Positions 1-8,956 of a DNA stretch of 58,493 nt are shown here, one piece after another. Source of the DNA: an uncultured Flavobacteriales bacterium (GTDB taxonomy: Bacteria; Bacteroidota; Bacteroidia; Flavobacteriales_D; Sanyastnellaceae). The position numbers and the translations under genes were made by a program. The stretch covers positions 1 through 58,493 of the forward strand of contig CALBSW010000046.1 of the NCBI GenBank assembly GCA_937967465.1. The letters are read 5' to 3'. How positions within the stretch are numbered: the stretch's first letter is position 1; each line of letters starts with the position of its first letter. A model generated the notes under the pieces. That model had not been told where the DNA came from, did not search any database, and saw only the letters and a list, made by a program, of their open reading frames with translations.

Positions 1-1579
1 AGCACAGCGGGTCATCGTGGCCTTTCTCGATGAGAGCAACCGGCCGGCCCGTCGTTTTGGCATCCCCCAGGGAGCGGACGCACTCATCCAGGCACTGGCC
101 GCATTGCCCAACGATTTGGACATCGGCGTGTTCACCAGCCCATATGCCCTCCAATACCTCACACCGCCCGAACAGGCGGGCTGGCTGATCGCCTTCCATG
201 AGGACGACCTGACCCAGGAAGCCGCCGCCGCAGCGTGGGTCCAGGAAGGAGATGCCCTCGGCCGCCTTCCGGTCGATGTGGCCCCCTGGGCGGCCGGCAT
301 GGGACACCCGACAAGGGCTGCCCGCCTGCCCCATGCGGCCGCGTCCAACCCTGAATTGAACCGGAGGCTGGACAGCTTGGCTGCAGAAGCCATCGACATG
401 GCGGCCACACCGGGGCTCCGCATGCTGGTCGTGGCAGGCGACTCCATCCGCTACGATGGGGCCCACGGCACCCTGGGCCACGAAGATGGACAGCCGGTCA
501 CACGGGAGTCGATCTACGACGTGGCCTCCATCACCAAGGTGGCCGCTTCCACCCTGCTCGCCATGATGAGCGTGGAACGCGGCATGTTGGACCTCGACGC
601 CCCGCTGCGCAAGGTGCTGCCCAAGCGGCCGGACTCGCCGCTCAACGAGGAGCTGGGGAACCGTACCTTTCGCGACATCCTCGCCCACCGCGCGGGCCTT
701 CCGGCATGGATCCCGTTCTACCTGGACGCCATGGCCCATGACGACACCACGGGGTCTGCGCTGTCCTCTCGGGACACCTTGGATTGGGTGCCGGTCCACA
801 CGTCGTGCTGGATGGCGCCAGCATGGCGGGATACCATTCACCACCGCATCCGCACCCTCACGCCAGACCCGGTCGGCCGATACCGCTACAGTGACTTGGG
901 GTATTACCTCTTGCAAAGCACCCTCGAAGACCTGTGGGACCAACCCCTCGACATCCTGGCAGACAGCCTCATCTACCAGCCGCTGGGCTTGCGCCACATC
1001 GGATACACCCCAGCGAATTGGGCCCAGCCGCAGCGCATTGCCCCGACCGAAAACGACACCCTCTTCCGGAAAGGCTGGATTTGCGGAACGGTGCACGACC
1101 CCGGTGCTGCGATGCTCGGGGGTGTTGCAGGCCACGCCGGGCTGTTCAGCGACGCCCACGACTTGGCCGTCATCCTCGAGACCCTGCGCAGAGGTGGCGA
1201 GTGGAATGGCGTACGCCTGGTCCAACCTTCCACAGTGGCCGACTTCACTTCCCGTGCCTTCCCCGAGGAAGACAACCGGAGGGCGTTGGGATGGGACAAG
1301 CCCGGTCTGGAGGAGGATTCGGGAGCGAGTGGCAACGCCGGAACCTGGTCCAGCTTCGGACACAGTGGATTCACCGGGACTTTGGCCTGGACCGATCCTG
1401 AAGGGGAATGGACTGTCGTGTTCCTGAGCAACCGCATTTGTCCCGACGCCGAGAACCGCACCTTGATTCGGGAAGACATTCGCACCAAGGCCCTGTTCAT
1501 TGTCGAAGAGGAATTGGGGTTGCCCCACCGTTTTGATCCTCCCGCCCCGGAAGACCCCGGGAGTTTCAACCCACGCTAA
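1..1579 (+). CDS. Beta-lactamase-family serine hydrolase, 5'-truncated at the window edge (probably the C-terminal half of a GH3/NagZ-like + beta-lactamase fusion)
   Basis: The frame is open to position 1, with no stop upstream of the GTG at 17. Motifs SxxK (ASITKV), YSDLGY and GHSGFTG are typical of AmpH/class-C-like serine hydrolases. GC3 is high. Confidence 0.8.
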   Translation, partial: AQRVIVAFLDESNRPARRFGIPQGADALIQALAALPNDLDIGVFTSPYALQYLTPPEQAGWLIAFHEDDLTQEAAAAAWVQEGDALGRLPVDVAPWAAGMGHPTRAARLPHAAASNPELNRRLDSLAAEAIDMAATPGLRMLVVAGDSIRYDGAHGTLGHEDGQPVTRESIYDVASITKVAASTLLAMMSVERGMLDLDAPLRKVLPKRPDSPLNEELGNRTFRDILAHRAGLPAWIPFYLDAMAHDDTTGSALSSRDTLDWVPVHTSCWMAPAWRDTIHHRIRTLTPDPVGRYRYSDLGYYLLQSTLEDLWDQPLDILADSLIYQPLGLRHIGYTPANWAQPQRIAPTENDTLFRKGWICGTVHDPGAAMLGGVAGHAGLFSDAHDLAVILETLRRGGEWNGVRLVQPSTVADFTSRAFPEEDNRRALGWDKPGLEEDSGASGNAGTWSSFGHSGFTGTLAWTDPEGEWTVVFLSNRICPDAENRTLIREDIRTKALFIVEEELGLPHRFDPPAPEDPGSFNPR

Positions 1580-1584
1580 CTTCG
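1577..1584 (+). promoter_or_regulatory. TAnnTT(T/C)G -7-type box (TAACTTCG), 4 nt upstream of the bshA ATG
   Basis: Sequence is ctaacttcggcccATG. The TAA of the box is the stop codon of the upstream gene. Confidence 0.4.
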
Positions 1585-1588
1585 GCCC

Positions 1589-2722
1589 ATGCGGATAGGA
1601 ATGGTGTGCTATCCCACCTTTGGTGGAAGCGGCGTGGTCGCCACAGAGCTTGGCAAGGCGTTGGCCGCGCAAGGTCACGAGGTGCACTTCATCACCTACG
1701 ACCAACCTGTGCGTCTCGGGAGTTTTCGCCCCAATGTGTACTACCACGAAGTGCGCATCTCGAAGTACCCGTTGTTTGACTACCCCCCCTACGAACTGGT
1801 GCTCGCCTCCAAAATGGTGGAGGTGGCCCGTCAACAGAAGTTGGACCTGCTGCATGTGCACTACGCCATCCCGCACGCCTCCAGCGCATACACGGCCAAG
1901 CGCATCCTCGCTTCCGACGGCTTCCATTTGCCGATCATCACCACCCTGCACGGAACGGACATCACCTTGCTCGGAAAGGACCCCAGCTTCGAGCCGGTCA
2001 TCTCCTTTGCCATCAACGAAAGCGATGCGGTCACGGCCGTGAGCACCAGCCTGAAACAGGACACCTTCGAGCTGTTTGGCATCAATTCCGACATCGACGT
2101 CATCCCCAACTTCTTCTGCCCGTCGCATGTGGAGCGCCTCGAAAAGACACACAACCGGTCCGAATTCGCCCAAGACGATGAGGCCTTGGTGTGTCACGTG
2201 TCCAACTTCCGCCCGGTCAAGCGGGTCGGCGACGTGGTCCGCACCTTTGCGAAGGTGGCGGGCCAGCGACCGGCCCGGTTGATGATGGTCGGGGATGGCC
2301 CGGACCGCCCGGAGGCGGAACGGTTGGCGCGAGAGCTGGGCGTGGCCGAGCGCGTCACCTTTCTGGGCAAGCTCAAGAACCCGCTCGAAGCCCTGTCCAT
2401 TGCGGACCTGTTCCTGCTGCCCTCCGAAAGCGAGAGCTTCGGTTTGGCCGCATTGGAGGCCATGGCATGCGGGGTTCCTGTGGTGGCGTCCAATGCCGGT
2501 GGCATTCCCGAAGTCATCGAGCATGGGGTGAGCGGCATGCTGGCTCCTGTGGGGGATGTGGACGCCATGGCCGAGGGGGCCGTGCAACTCCTCGACCCTG
2601 AGGACCACGCCCGTTTCCGAGACCAAGCGGTCAAGCAGGCAGACCGCTTTCGCATCGACAAGGTCCTCCCCCAATACCTGGGCGCCTACGAACGCATCCT
2701 GACCGCGTCAAAGACCAACTGA
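1589..2722 (+). CDS. bshA: N-acetyl-alpha-D-glucosaminyl L-malate synthase (GT4 glycosyltransferase, bacillithiol biosynthesis)
   Basis: The N-terminus [37 protein letters not shown] and the C-terminal [34 protein letters not shown] block match the BshA/GT4 pattern. Length is 377 aa. Confidence 0.85.
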   Translation: MRIGMVCYPTFGGSGVVATELGKALAAQGHEVHFITYDQPVRLGSFRPNVYYHEVRISKYPLFDYPPYELVLASKMVEVARQQKLDLLHVHYAIPHASSAYTAKRILASDGFHLPIITTLHGTDITLLGKDPSFEPVISFAINESDAVTAVSTSLKQDTFELFGINSDIDVIPNFFCPSHVERLEKTHNRSEFAQDDEALVCHVSNFRPVKRVGDVVRTFAKVAGQRPARLMMVGDGPDRPEAERLARELGVAERVTFLGKLKNPLEALSIADLFLLPSESESFGLAALEAMACGVPVVASNAGGIPEVIEHGVSGMLAPVGDVDAMAEGAVQLLDPEDHARFRDQAVKQADRFRIDKVLPQYLGAYERILTASKTN

Positions 2723-3303
2723 TGGGGACGAATACGAGACGCAAAGACGGCCGCATTGGCGACCGCATCACCTTCGAACAGTCTGACGATCAGCTTCGGG
2801 TCGACATCCGACAGGGCATTCCGCCGACCCAAATGTCCCTGCTGACCCTTTGGCTCCTGCTGTGGTTCAGCTTGGAAGCTGTCGTGCTCTATTTCTGGAC
2901 CCAAGAACCGAGCCAAGGAAACGCCGCCTTGGGGTATGCCATTTACAGCGCCTTCTGGGCCTTTTTTGCCTTCCGAATCGGCAAGGTGTGGCTCTGGCGC
3001 AAGCGCGGTGTGGAGGTCATCACGGTGGACCGGAGGGGCATCTCCGTGGCCAACGCATTCGGCCAGCGCGGACTCCCGGACTTCATTGCCCACGGGGCCT
3101 ATTCTCCCATTCGGCGCATCGAGGAAAACCCCCAGCAGATCCTGCGGACCTTCGAACAAGCCTTCTGGTCCATGGGGGGCGAGACCCTGCAATTCTCCAG
3201 CGGAAAGCGCACGATGGTGTTGGGCAAACAACTCAGTGACCGCGACGCAGACACCTTGCTCAAGCTCTTGCAAGCCGCCGCTCGGCGACTCTCAGCTGGC
3301 TGA
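2722..3303 (+). CDS. Hypothetical membrane protein: two TM helices followed by a PH-like (bPH/DUF304-like) soluble domain
   Basis: GC3 is high. Hydrophobic helices are LLTLWLLLWFSLEAVVLYFW and ALGYAIYSAFWAFFAFRIGKVWLW. The ATG overlaps the bshA stop (TGATG). Confidence 0.6.
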   Translation: MGTNTRRKDGRIGDRITFEQSDDQLRVDIRQGIPPTQMSLLTLWLLLWFSLEAVVLYFWTQEPSQGNAALGYAIYSAFWAFFAFRIGKVWLWRKRGVEVITVDRRGISVANAFGQRGLPDFIAHGAYSPIRRIEENPQQILRTFEQAFWSMGGETLQFSSGKRTMVLGKQLSDRDADTLLKLLQAAARRLSAG

Positions 3304-3723
3304 CCCTCCAGCCCCCAAGGAACGCAGCGCGGCGGCGTAGCCCTCCAGCCCCAAGCCACAAATGACCCCACGACAGACGGGGCTCAACAAGCTCACGTGT
3401 CGAAACGACTCGCGGGCATGCACGTTGGTGATGTGCACCTCGATGACAGGCGCCTCAACAGCCGCCACCGCGTCGCGCAGTGCCACGGAGGTGTGGGTGT
3501 ACCCTCCCGCATTTAGCACGATTCCATCGGACGTGAATCCGACATCGTGCAGGTGGTTGATGAGCTCCCCCTCCACGTTGGACTGGAAATACACCAGCTC
3601 CACTTCTGGAAACTGAGCCCGGAGGGTGTCCAGGTGCGCCTCGAAGGACGTCATAACGTACTTCTCGGGCTCGCGTTGGCCGAGCAAATTCAGGTTGGGT
3701 CCGTTGACGATGTGCAAGGTCAT
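3292..3723 (-). CDS. aroQ: Type II 3-dehydroquinate dehydratase
   Basis: MTLHIVNGPNLNLLGQREPEKYG...LNAGGYTHTSVALRDA...IEVHITNVHARESFRH is the canonical AroQ signature. The start is set at the internal ATG (3723), not the ORF-track start. Confidence 0.9.
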   Translation of the reverse strand: MTLHIVNGPNLNLLGQREPEKYVMTSFEAHLDTLRAQFPEVELVYFQSNVEGELINHLHDVGFTSDGIVLNAGGYTHTSVALRDAVAAVEAPVIEVHITNVHARESFRHVSLLSPVCRGVICGLGLEGYAAALRSLGAGGSAS

Positions 3724-3730
3724 GGCGAGA

Positions 3731-5959
3731 TCAATCGAGGGCAATTTCGTCATGGGCGTCCACGAAGAGGATGTTGCCGATGCCGTGGTGGGCTTCAAAC
3801 AGCTGAACCCCTTCCCTTCGAATGTCGGCGTCGTTGAACCCGATGAAGGTCAAATCGGCAAACTTGCTGCGCTCGTCAATCAGCGCCTCTTTCAAGTCCC
3901 CGGGGAATTCTTCCACCATCTCGATGTTCTGCTCACTGACGGGGATGCGGCCGGCCTGAATCAAATCGTGCAACGCCTTCTCCTTGACGGCCCGGTCTCC
4001 ATCCCGATAGATGGAATACACCTGAATGTGGGATTCACGCCAGTCCGGATGCCCCTGCAGCACATAGGCCATGAGGATCATCAGGTTGGCGTTGGCGCTG
4101 TCCTCCGGCGTGATCCAGACGTGGATGGTGCGGCGCTCACCGAAGCCCCGGAAACTCGAGCGAAGCAGACACAAATCCAGCTGTGACCCCCGAAGCAGGT
4201 CATAGTTGGCCACCAGTTCCTGGGCGCTCTTCGGCTTCTCGTCGATGTACTCCAGAAGGATGGCGTTGTTGCCCTGCCCGCTGATGCCGGGCAGCTGGAC
4301 ACATTGGGCAATGGCGGAGGTGTAGGATGGCGACACAATGGTGGCCATGCTCACCCGGCTCTTGACGGCCTTGCCCAAATCAGCCAACCCCTGCTTGGCC
4401 CGGGTGGAGCTCCGGAACGTGCGGGCGTCCAATCGGCCTTCAATCAAATGCACGTAAGTGCCGAAGCCCTGTCGGTGCGCCAACCAGCGGACCATATCAA
4501 AGGCGCCGGGACGTCGGAACGTATCCTGACTGACCCCCAACACCATCGGACGCCAGTCCTTCCGATCCAGCTCGGCGCGGTCGCGGCGCTGCAGGGTGAC
4601 CTGGAGGTAGCGGCTCAGCTGGAACAGCATGCCCCGGAACAACGCCACCATGCCGCGCTCACCGCGTCGGGACAGCCCCACGTAGATGGCCGTCATGATC
4701 ACCAGACTGCCCACGGCATAGCTGAAGTTCATGAGGAACATCAGGTAGAAACAGGTCACGGCCCCGATGAGGCTGAGCACCCAGTGTGAACGGAATGTGG
4801 GCCGGTACCCCGGACTGGCCGCGAAGTGCTCGAACAGGCTGACGAGGCAGATGGCACCGTAGGTGACCATGAAGAACATGGAGATGATCTCGGCCACTGC
4901 ATTGATGTCCCCGAGGCTCACAAACACGAATCCGATGGCGCAGGTCACAATGGACGCCACAATGGGTTCATTGTCCGTTTTCCTGCCCCGCTTGAGGCGG
5001 ACGCCGATGGCCTTGGGGAAAATGCGGTCCACGGCCAACGCCTGAAGCGTCCGCGGTGCGATGATCACGCTGCCCAGCGCACTGGACACGGCGGCGGCGG
5101 CGAGCCCCATCGGAATGAGCGGCGCCCACAAGGCAATGGACTCCATGTAGAGTTCGTCGCCGGCCAACTGCTCCGGGCTGGCGCTCACCCAGAACTTGAG
5201 CGCCACCAAGATGTACACCACAATGCCGGCCACGGTGGCCCACAGCGTTCCCCGGGGAATGGCGGTGGCGGGATCCTTGAGGTCACCGCTCAGGCCCAAG
5301 CCGGCAGCGATGCCCGTGAAGGCAGGAAAAATGAAGGTGAAGACTTCGATGAAGGAATACCGCGTCACCAACCGGCCATCCGGCGTGACGAAGCTGGCGT
5401 CGATGGTCTTCAGGATGTCGAGTTCTGCCTGCGGCTCCCCGGTTCCGAAGAAAAAGCTCAGGAGTGCGAGGATGAGGACGGCCACCACCCCGTACAGGGC
5501 CTTGACCCCCACTTGTGCGCCCTTCGTGAGCATGAGCAGCGTCAGGAGCGCCATGAACCCGTAGTTGATCTGCCAAGCCGGGACCACGATGCCTTGCGTC
5601 GCTTCAAGCCAGGCGGTCAGGTCCCGTGTGGATACCGTAAAGGCGATGATGTAGAAGGCCACCGAGATGGCCTGGCTGAGGAAGAGCGCAATGCCAATGG
5701 CGCCGCCAATGGACAGCCCGAAGGACCGGCTGATCATGTAATAGGCCCCGCCGCCTTCCACTTTCTGGTTGGTGGCGATCTCCGCCACAGCCAACGCCGT
5801 CGGAATGGTGACCAGGTGCCCCAGAAGGATGATGCTCAACGTGGACAGCAAGCCCACGTGGGCCACGGCAAATCCGAAGCGTAGAAACAGGATGGCCCCC
5901 AGAATGGTGGAGATGGCCGTCATGAAGACGGCAAACGTGCCCAGTCCCTTTTCCTGCAT
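3731..5959 (-). CDS. Cation-chloride cotransporter (SLC12/CCC-like) APC-superfamily transporter with a large C-terminal cytoplasmic domain
   Basis: GTFAVFMTAISTILGAILFLRFGF...IATNQKVEGGGAYYMISRSFGLSIGGAIG parallels the SLC12 TM1-TM3 signature (ILFLR, IATNG, GGxYYMISRSLG). About 470 aa of membrane core is followed by about 270 aa of soluble tail. ATG at 5959 is preferred over GTG at 5980. Confidence 0.8.
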   Translation of the reverse strand: MQEKGLGTFAVFMTAISTILGAILFLRFGFAVAHVGLLSTLSIILLGHLVTIPTALAVAEIATNQKVEGGGAYYMISRSFGLSIGGAIGIALFLSQAISVAFYIIAFTVSTRDLTAWLEATQGIVVPAWQINYGFMALLTLLMLTKGAQVGVKALYGVVAVLILALLSFFFGTGEPQAELDILKTIDASFVTPDGRLVTRYSFIEVFTFIFPAFTGIAAGLGLSGDLKDPATAIPRGTLWATVAGIVVYILVALKFWVSASPEQLAGDELYMESIALWAPLIPMGLAAAAVSSALGSVIIAPRTLQALAVDRIFPKAIGVRLKRGRKTDNEPIVASIVTCAIGFVFVSLGDINAVAEIISMFFMVTYGAICLVSLFEHFAASPGYRPTFRSHWVLSLIGAVTCFYLMFLMNFSYAVGSLVIMTAIYVGLSRRGERGMVALFRGMLFQLSRYLQVTLQRRDRAELDRKDWRPMVLGVSQDTFRRPGAFDMVRWLAHRQGFGTYVHLIEGRLDARTFRSSTRAKQGLADLGKAVKSRVSMATIVSPSYTSAIAQCVQLPGISGQGNNAILLEYIDEKPKSAQELVANYDLLRGSQLDLCLLRSSFRGFGERRTIHVWITPEDSANANLMILMAYVLQGHPDWRESHIQVYSIYRDGDRAVKEKALHDLIQAGRIPVSEQNIEMVEEFPGDLKEALIDERSKFADLTFIGFNDADIRREGVQLFEAHHGIGNILFVDAHDEIALD

Positions 5960-6052
5960 TGGGTGCAAAATAGCCCGCACGGCCTTGCCAACGCCCCCTT
6001 TGGGCTTGTGTGTGAAGGGTCTTTTCCAACGGTGGAAACAGATCCTTGACCC

Positions 6053-8956
6053 ATGCGATTCCTCCTCCCACTTCTCTCGGTCTGCCTGCTTCTGGTTTTC
6101 ATCTCCACCAGTGCCGCGCAGTGCCCTCCTGCCTCCCCTGTCTCACCGCCATGGCTCTTGCCCCCCGCGGCGCCGTACGCCCACCACCTGGCTTTGCCTT
6201 CCGGCGATGTCAGTGCCCACGTCTATGTCGATGCGACAAACAACATGGGCAGCGAATTGGGCCGTCCCTTCGTGTTTGTGGAAGGCATCGACTTTGGGCT
6301 GGGCGCCCCCTCATCCCTTCTGCGCCAGGGTGATTATGGCTGGACACAATTCCATGGATGCGATCCGGAGCACTATCCCATGATGGCACACATGCCCGCA
6401 CTGCTCGACTCCATCCGGCAGCGCGGATTCACCCCCGTGCTCATCGATTTTGCCAATGGCACCGCTCCCTTGCAGCACAATGCCCTGTTGCTGGCCGACA
6501 TCCTGCGTCACCTCCGGGATCACCGCTCGGACCTCCGTCCGATGGCCATTGCGGGCGCCAGTATGGGCGGGCAACTGGCCCGGATGGCCCTGCGCCAAAT
6601 GGAATTGGCCGAGGAGCTTCACTGCCAGCAGCTTTACGTCAGCTTAGACAGCCCCCATCGCGGCGCCAATGTCCCGCTCGGCCTGCAGCACACCCTCCAC
6701 TTCCTCGGCGGAGACGATGGTCGAATTGATGCTTTGATCGGCGCCTTGTCTTCGCCTGCTGCCCGAGAACTGCTGGAGGTGCAACTGCTGCCCTTGGCGC
6801 CAAGGATGGCACACCAAGCCCTCCTCGATTCCATCGGATTCCCGGAATTCAGCCGCAATGCGGCCATTGCCAATGGTGCGCTGGACCTTCTCCCCGGCCA
6901 GAACACCCCGCTTCTGGACTACGAGCACGCCTTGCTGGAGTCCGGGTGGTTCGGGGACATCGGGGACCTCATCACACTCGAAATTCACCCTGTTCCCGGG
7001 GATGAGGACCACGAACTCGCGGAACCTGACCAACCTGTGCTCTCCGTGGTGGCCCGACCCGCCGGTGGCGGATGGCCCTGGCCATTGGAACAGTGGGTGG
7101 GTCTGGGTGAGGCCGGGATGACGGACGACACGCCATGGGACCACCTTCCTGGCGGAACGCGTCCCTCCATTCGCCAATTCGCCGAGGCATTCAATGAAAC
7201 CGCGGCAGACACCACCTCCCCCTGGCCCTTGTGCATCCCGCCCATTGAGCCGGAGGACTTCCAACCCTTGCACAGTTTCATTTCGACAGCCAGCGCATTG
7301 GGCTTGCCGGCAGATGCATTTCCATTGGACTCCACCCTCCTCGCCGCTTCGCCTTTTGACGCCATCCACTTGGGGCTCACCAACGAACCCCACAGCGAAA
7401 TCAATCCGAACAACCTCGCCTTTGTACTGGATCAATTGGACCTCGTGGCATGTCCCATCCCGCCCGGAGCCGTCCTCACCGACACCAACCTCACCGCCGG
7501 GGCGTTCTGGAAACTGGGAGGGTTCAGCATCACAGGCGCCGTCAGCCTTCAATCCTGCTCCACCAATTTGGAATGGAGCCCCAGCCCCGACGACTCCCAC
7601 GGCACATTTGTCGCCCATGGCTGCGCGGCCCCCCTCCATGTCGCGCCTGGGGGCATGTTGGAATTGGGCACCGCCGAACCCAGCTGCGGAAGCACGGCAC
7701 AATTGGTGTTGGAACGCGAAGCCATCTTGTCCATCGCTGGGGACCTCATCATCCATGGAGGCAGCAGCTTGGATGTCCTCCCTGGCGCACACCTTTACTT
7801 CGAAGGGGGAATCCTCGACCTCCGACCCGGAGCCGTGTTGAACGTTCATCCGGGAGCCACACTGCACTTCGAGGAATCCACTTTCTGGTCGTGCGCCACG
7901 GACAGCGAGATCCAGCTGGATGGACTGGGCCTGTTGGGCGAAGATGTTCAGTGGTCCGTCTTCTGTGCTGGGCTCATGCAATGGGCCACCCCCGATCATT
8001 TCCACCTTGAAGGCGCCACTGGATCCAAGCTTTTGCTTCACGCCGTTCACCCAGAGCAGGCCTGGCAGCTCGCTTCATCTGCAGATTTGACCATGGCTGG
8101 CCTGGAGGCACTGGAGGCGCTACCATTTGACCTTCGCCTCACGGGCTCCACCCACGTTTCTGTGCAAACCGAGTCAGGCATGCATTGGAGCGGCCGCTGG
8201 AAAGGCCTCGAAGCCGACAGCATTTCCATCGTGGGCCAGTTGTGGCTGGATGAGACGGCCATTTCCCATGCTGTCATCTCCCAATCCGGTGGCTCCGTCC
8301 TGTGGGAGGATGGCCGAGGGGAGCATGGTCAAGCTGCATTCGAGGGCCGCACCCTCCTTCAGCGTTGCGATTTCGACGAATTCCCCATCCGGGTTAGACT
8401 CCCAGAATTTGCCGCGCTCAGCCGGGTGGAGGAGTGCACCTTCCAGAACGGCCAAACCGGTTTGCTGTGCGAGGGAGACAGTCCGCTGCGCCTGGAGGAC
8501 AGTCGCTTTTCCCTGCTCGGAACGGGGTTGGACATTCGTTCCAATGGTGCCATTCTCAGCTGCACCGCGTTTGACAACAACGACACCGCCGTCTTGGCCG
8601 ACCGGAGCTGGCTCGTCATGACCCCCGAGGCAGGCGGAGGCTGGAACGGATTTGAACACAACGACGTCCACTTGAGGCTCCTGCACGCCCCTTTGCCCGA
8701 CATGATTCACGGCGCCAACCACTTCGGTTCTTGGGGAAGCCACTGGGCAGAGGGCACGGCAGACTTGACGTGTACGGGCAGCGGCTTGGATTGGGACATC
8801 ACTGGACAGTCCTGGAATTGGCCAACGGGATGGCCCCAAATCCAAACTGGCCTGTTGGCTTCAGGGAATCAGGGCGAGTGCCTCATCCACGCCATCGACC
8901 TGGCTCCCGTGTTCCAACAGGAGTGTGGTGCCGGCAAACAGGGAAAGCGGGAATGA
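6053..8956 (+). CDS. Secreted 967-aa protein: N-terminal alpha/beta-hydrolase (lipase/PGAP1-like) domain plus a Cys-rich right-handed beta-helix-like C-terminal region
   Basis: Signal peptide MRFLLPLLSVCLLLVFISTSAAQ. Nucleophile elbow IAGASMGGQLA (GxSxG). The C-terminal half has PbH1-like repeats (LRLEDSRFSLLGTGLDIRSNGAILSCTAFDNN). No T9SS CTD is recognised. Confidence 0.7.
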   Translation: MRFLLPLLSVCLLLVFISTSAAQCPPASPVSPPWLLPPAAPYAHHLALPSGDVSAHVYVDATNNMGSELGRPFVFVEGIDFGLGAPSSLLRQGDYGWTQFHGCDPEHYPMMAHMPALLDSIRQRGFTPVLIDFANGTAPLQHNALLLADILRHLRDHRSDLRPMAIAGASMGGQLARMALRQMELAEELHCQQLYVSLDSPHRGANVPLGLQHTLHFLGGDDGRIDALIGALSSPAARELLEVQLLPLAPRMAHQALLDSIGFPEFSRNAAIANGALDLLPGQNTPLLDYEHALLESGWFGDIGDLITLEIHPVPGDEDHELAEPDQPVLSVVARPAGGGWPWPLEQWVGLGEAGMTDDTPWDHLPGGTRPSIRQFAEAFNETAADTTSPWPLCIPPIEPEDFQPLHSFISTASALGLPADAFPLDSTLLAASPFDAIHLGLTNEPHSEINPNNLAFVLDQLDLVACPIPPGAVLTDTNLTAGAFWKLGGFSITGAVSLQSCSTNLEWSPSPDDSHGTFVAHGCAAPLHVAPGGMLELGTAEPSCGSTAQLVLEREAILSIAGDLIIHGGSSLDVLPGAHLYFEGGILDLRPGAVLNVHPGATLHFEESTFWSCATDSEIQLDGLGLLGEDVQWSVFCAGLMQWATPDHFHLEGATGSKLLLHAVHPEQAWQLASSADLTMAGLEALEALPFDLRLTGSTHVSVQTESGMHWSGRWKGLEADSISIVGQLWLDETAISHAVISQSGGSVLWEDGRGEHGQAAFEGRTLLQRCDFDEFPIRVRLPEFAALSRVEECTFQNGQTGLLCEGDSPLRLEDSRFSLLGTGLDIRSNGAILSCTAFDNNDTAVLADRSWLVMTPEAGGGWNGFEHNDVHLRLLHAPLPDMIHGANHFGSWGSHWAEGTADLTCTGSGLDWDITGQSWNWPTGWPQIQTGLLASGNQGECLIHAIDLAPVFQQECGAGKQGKRE

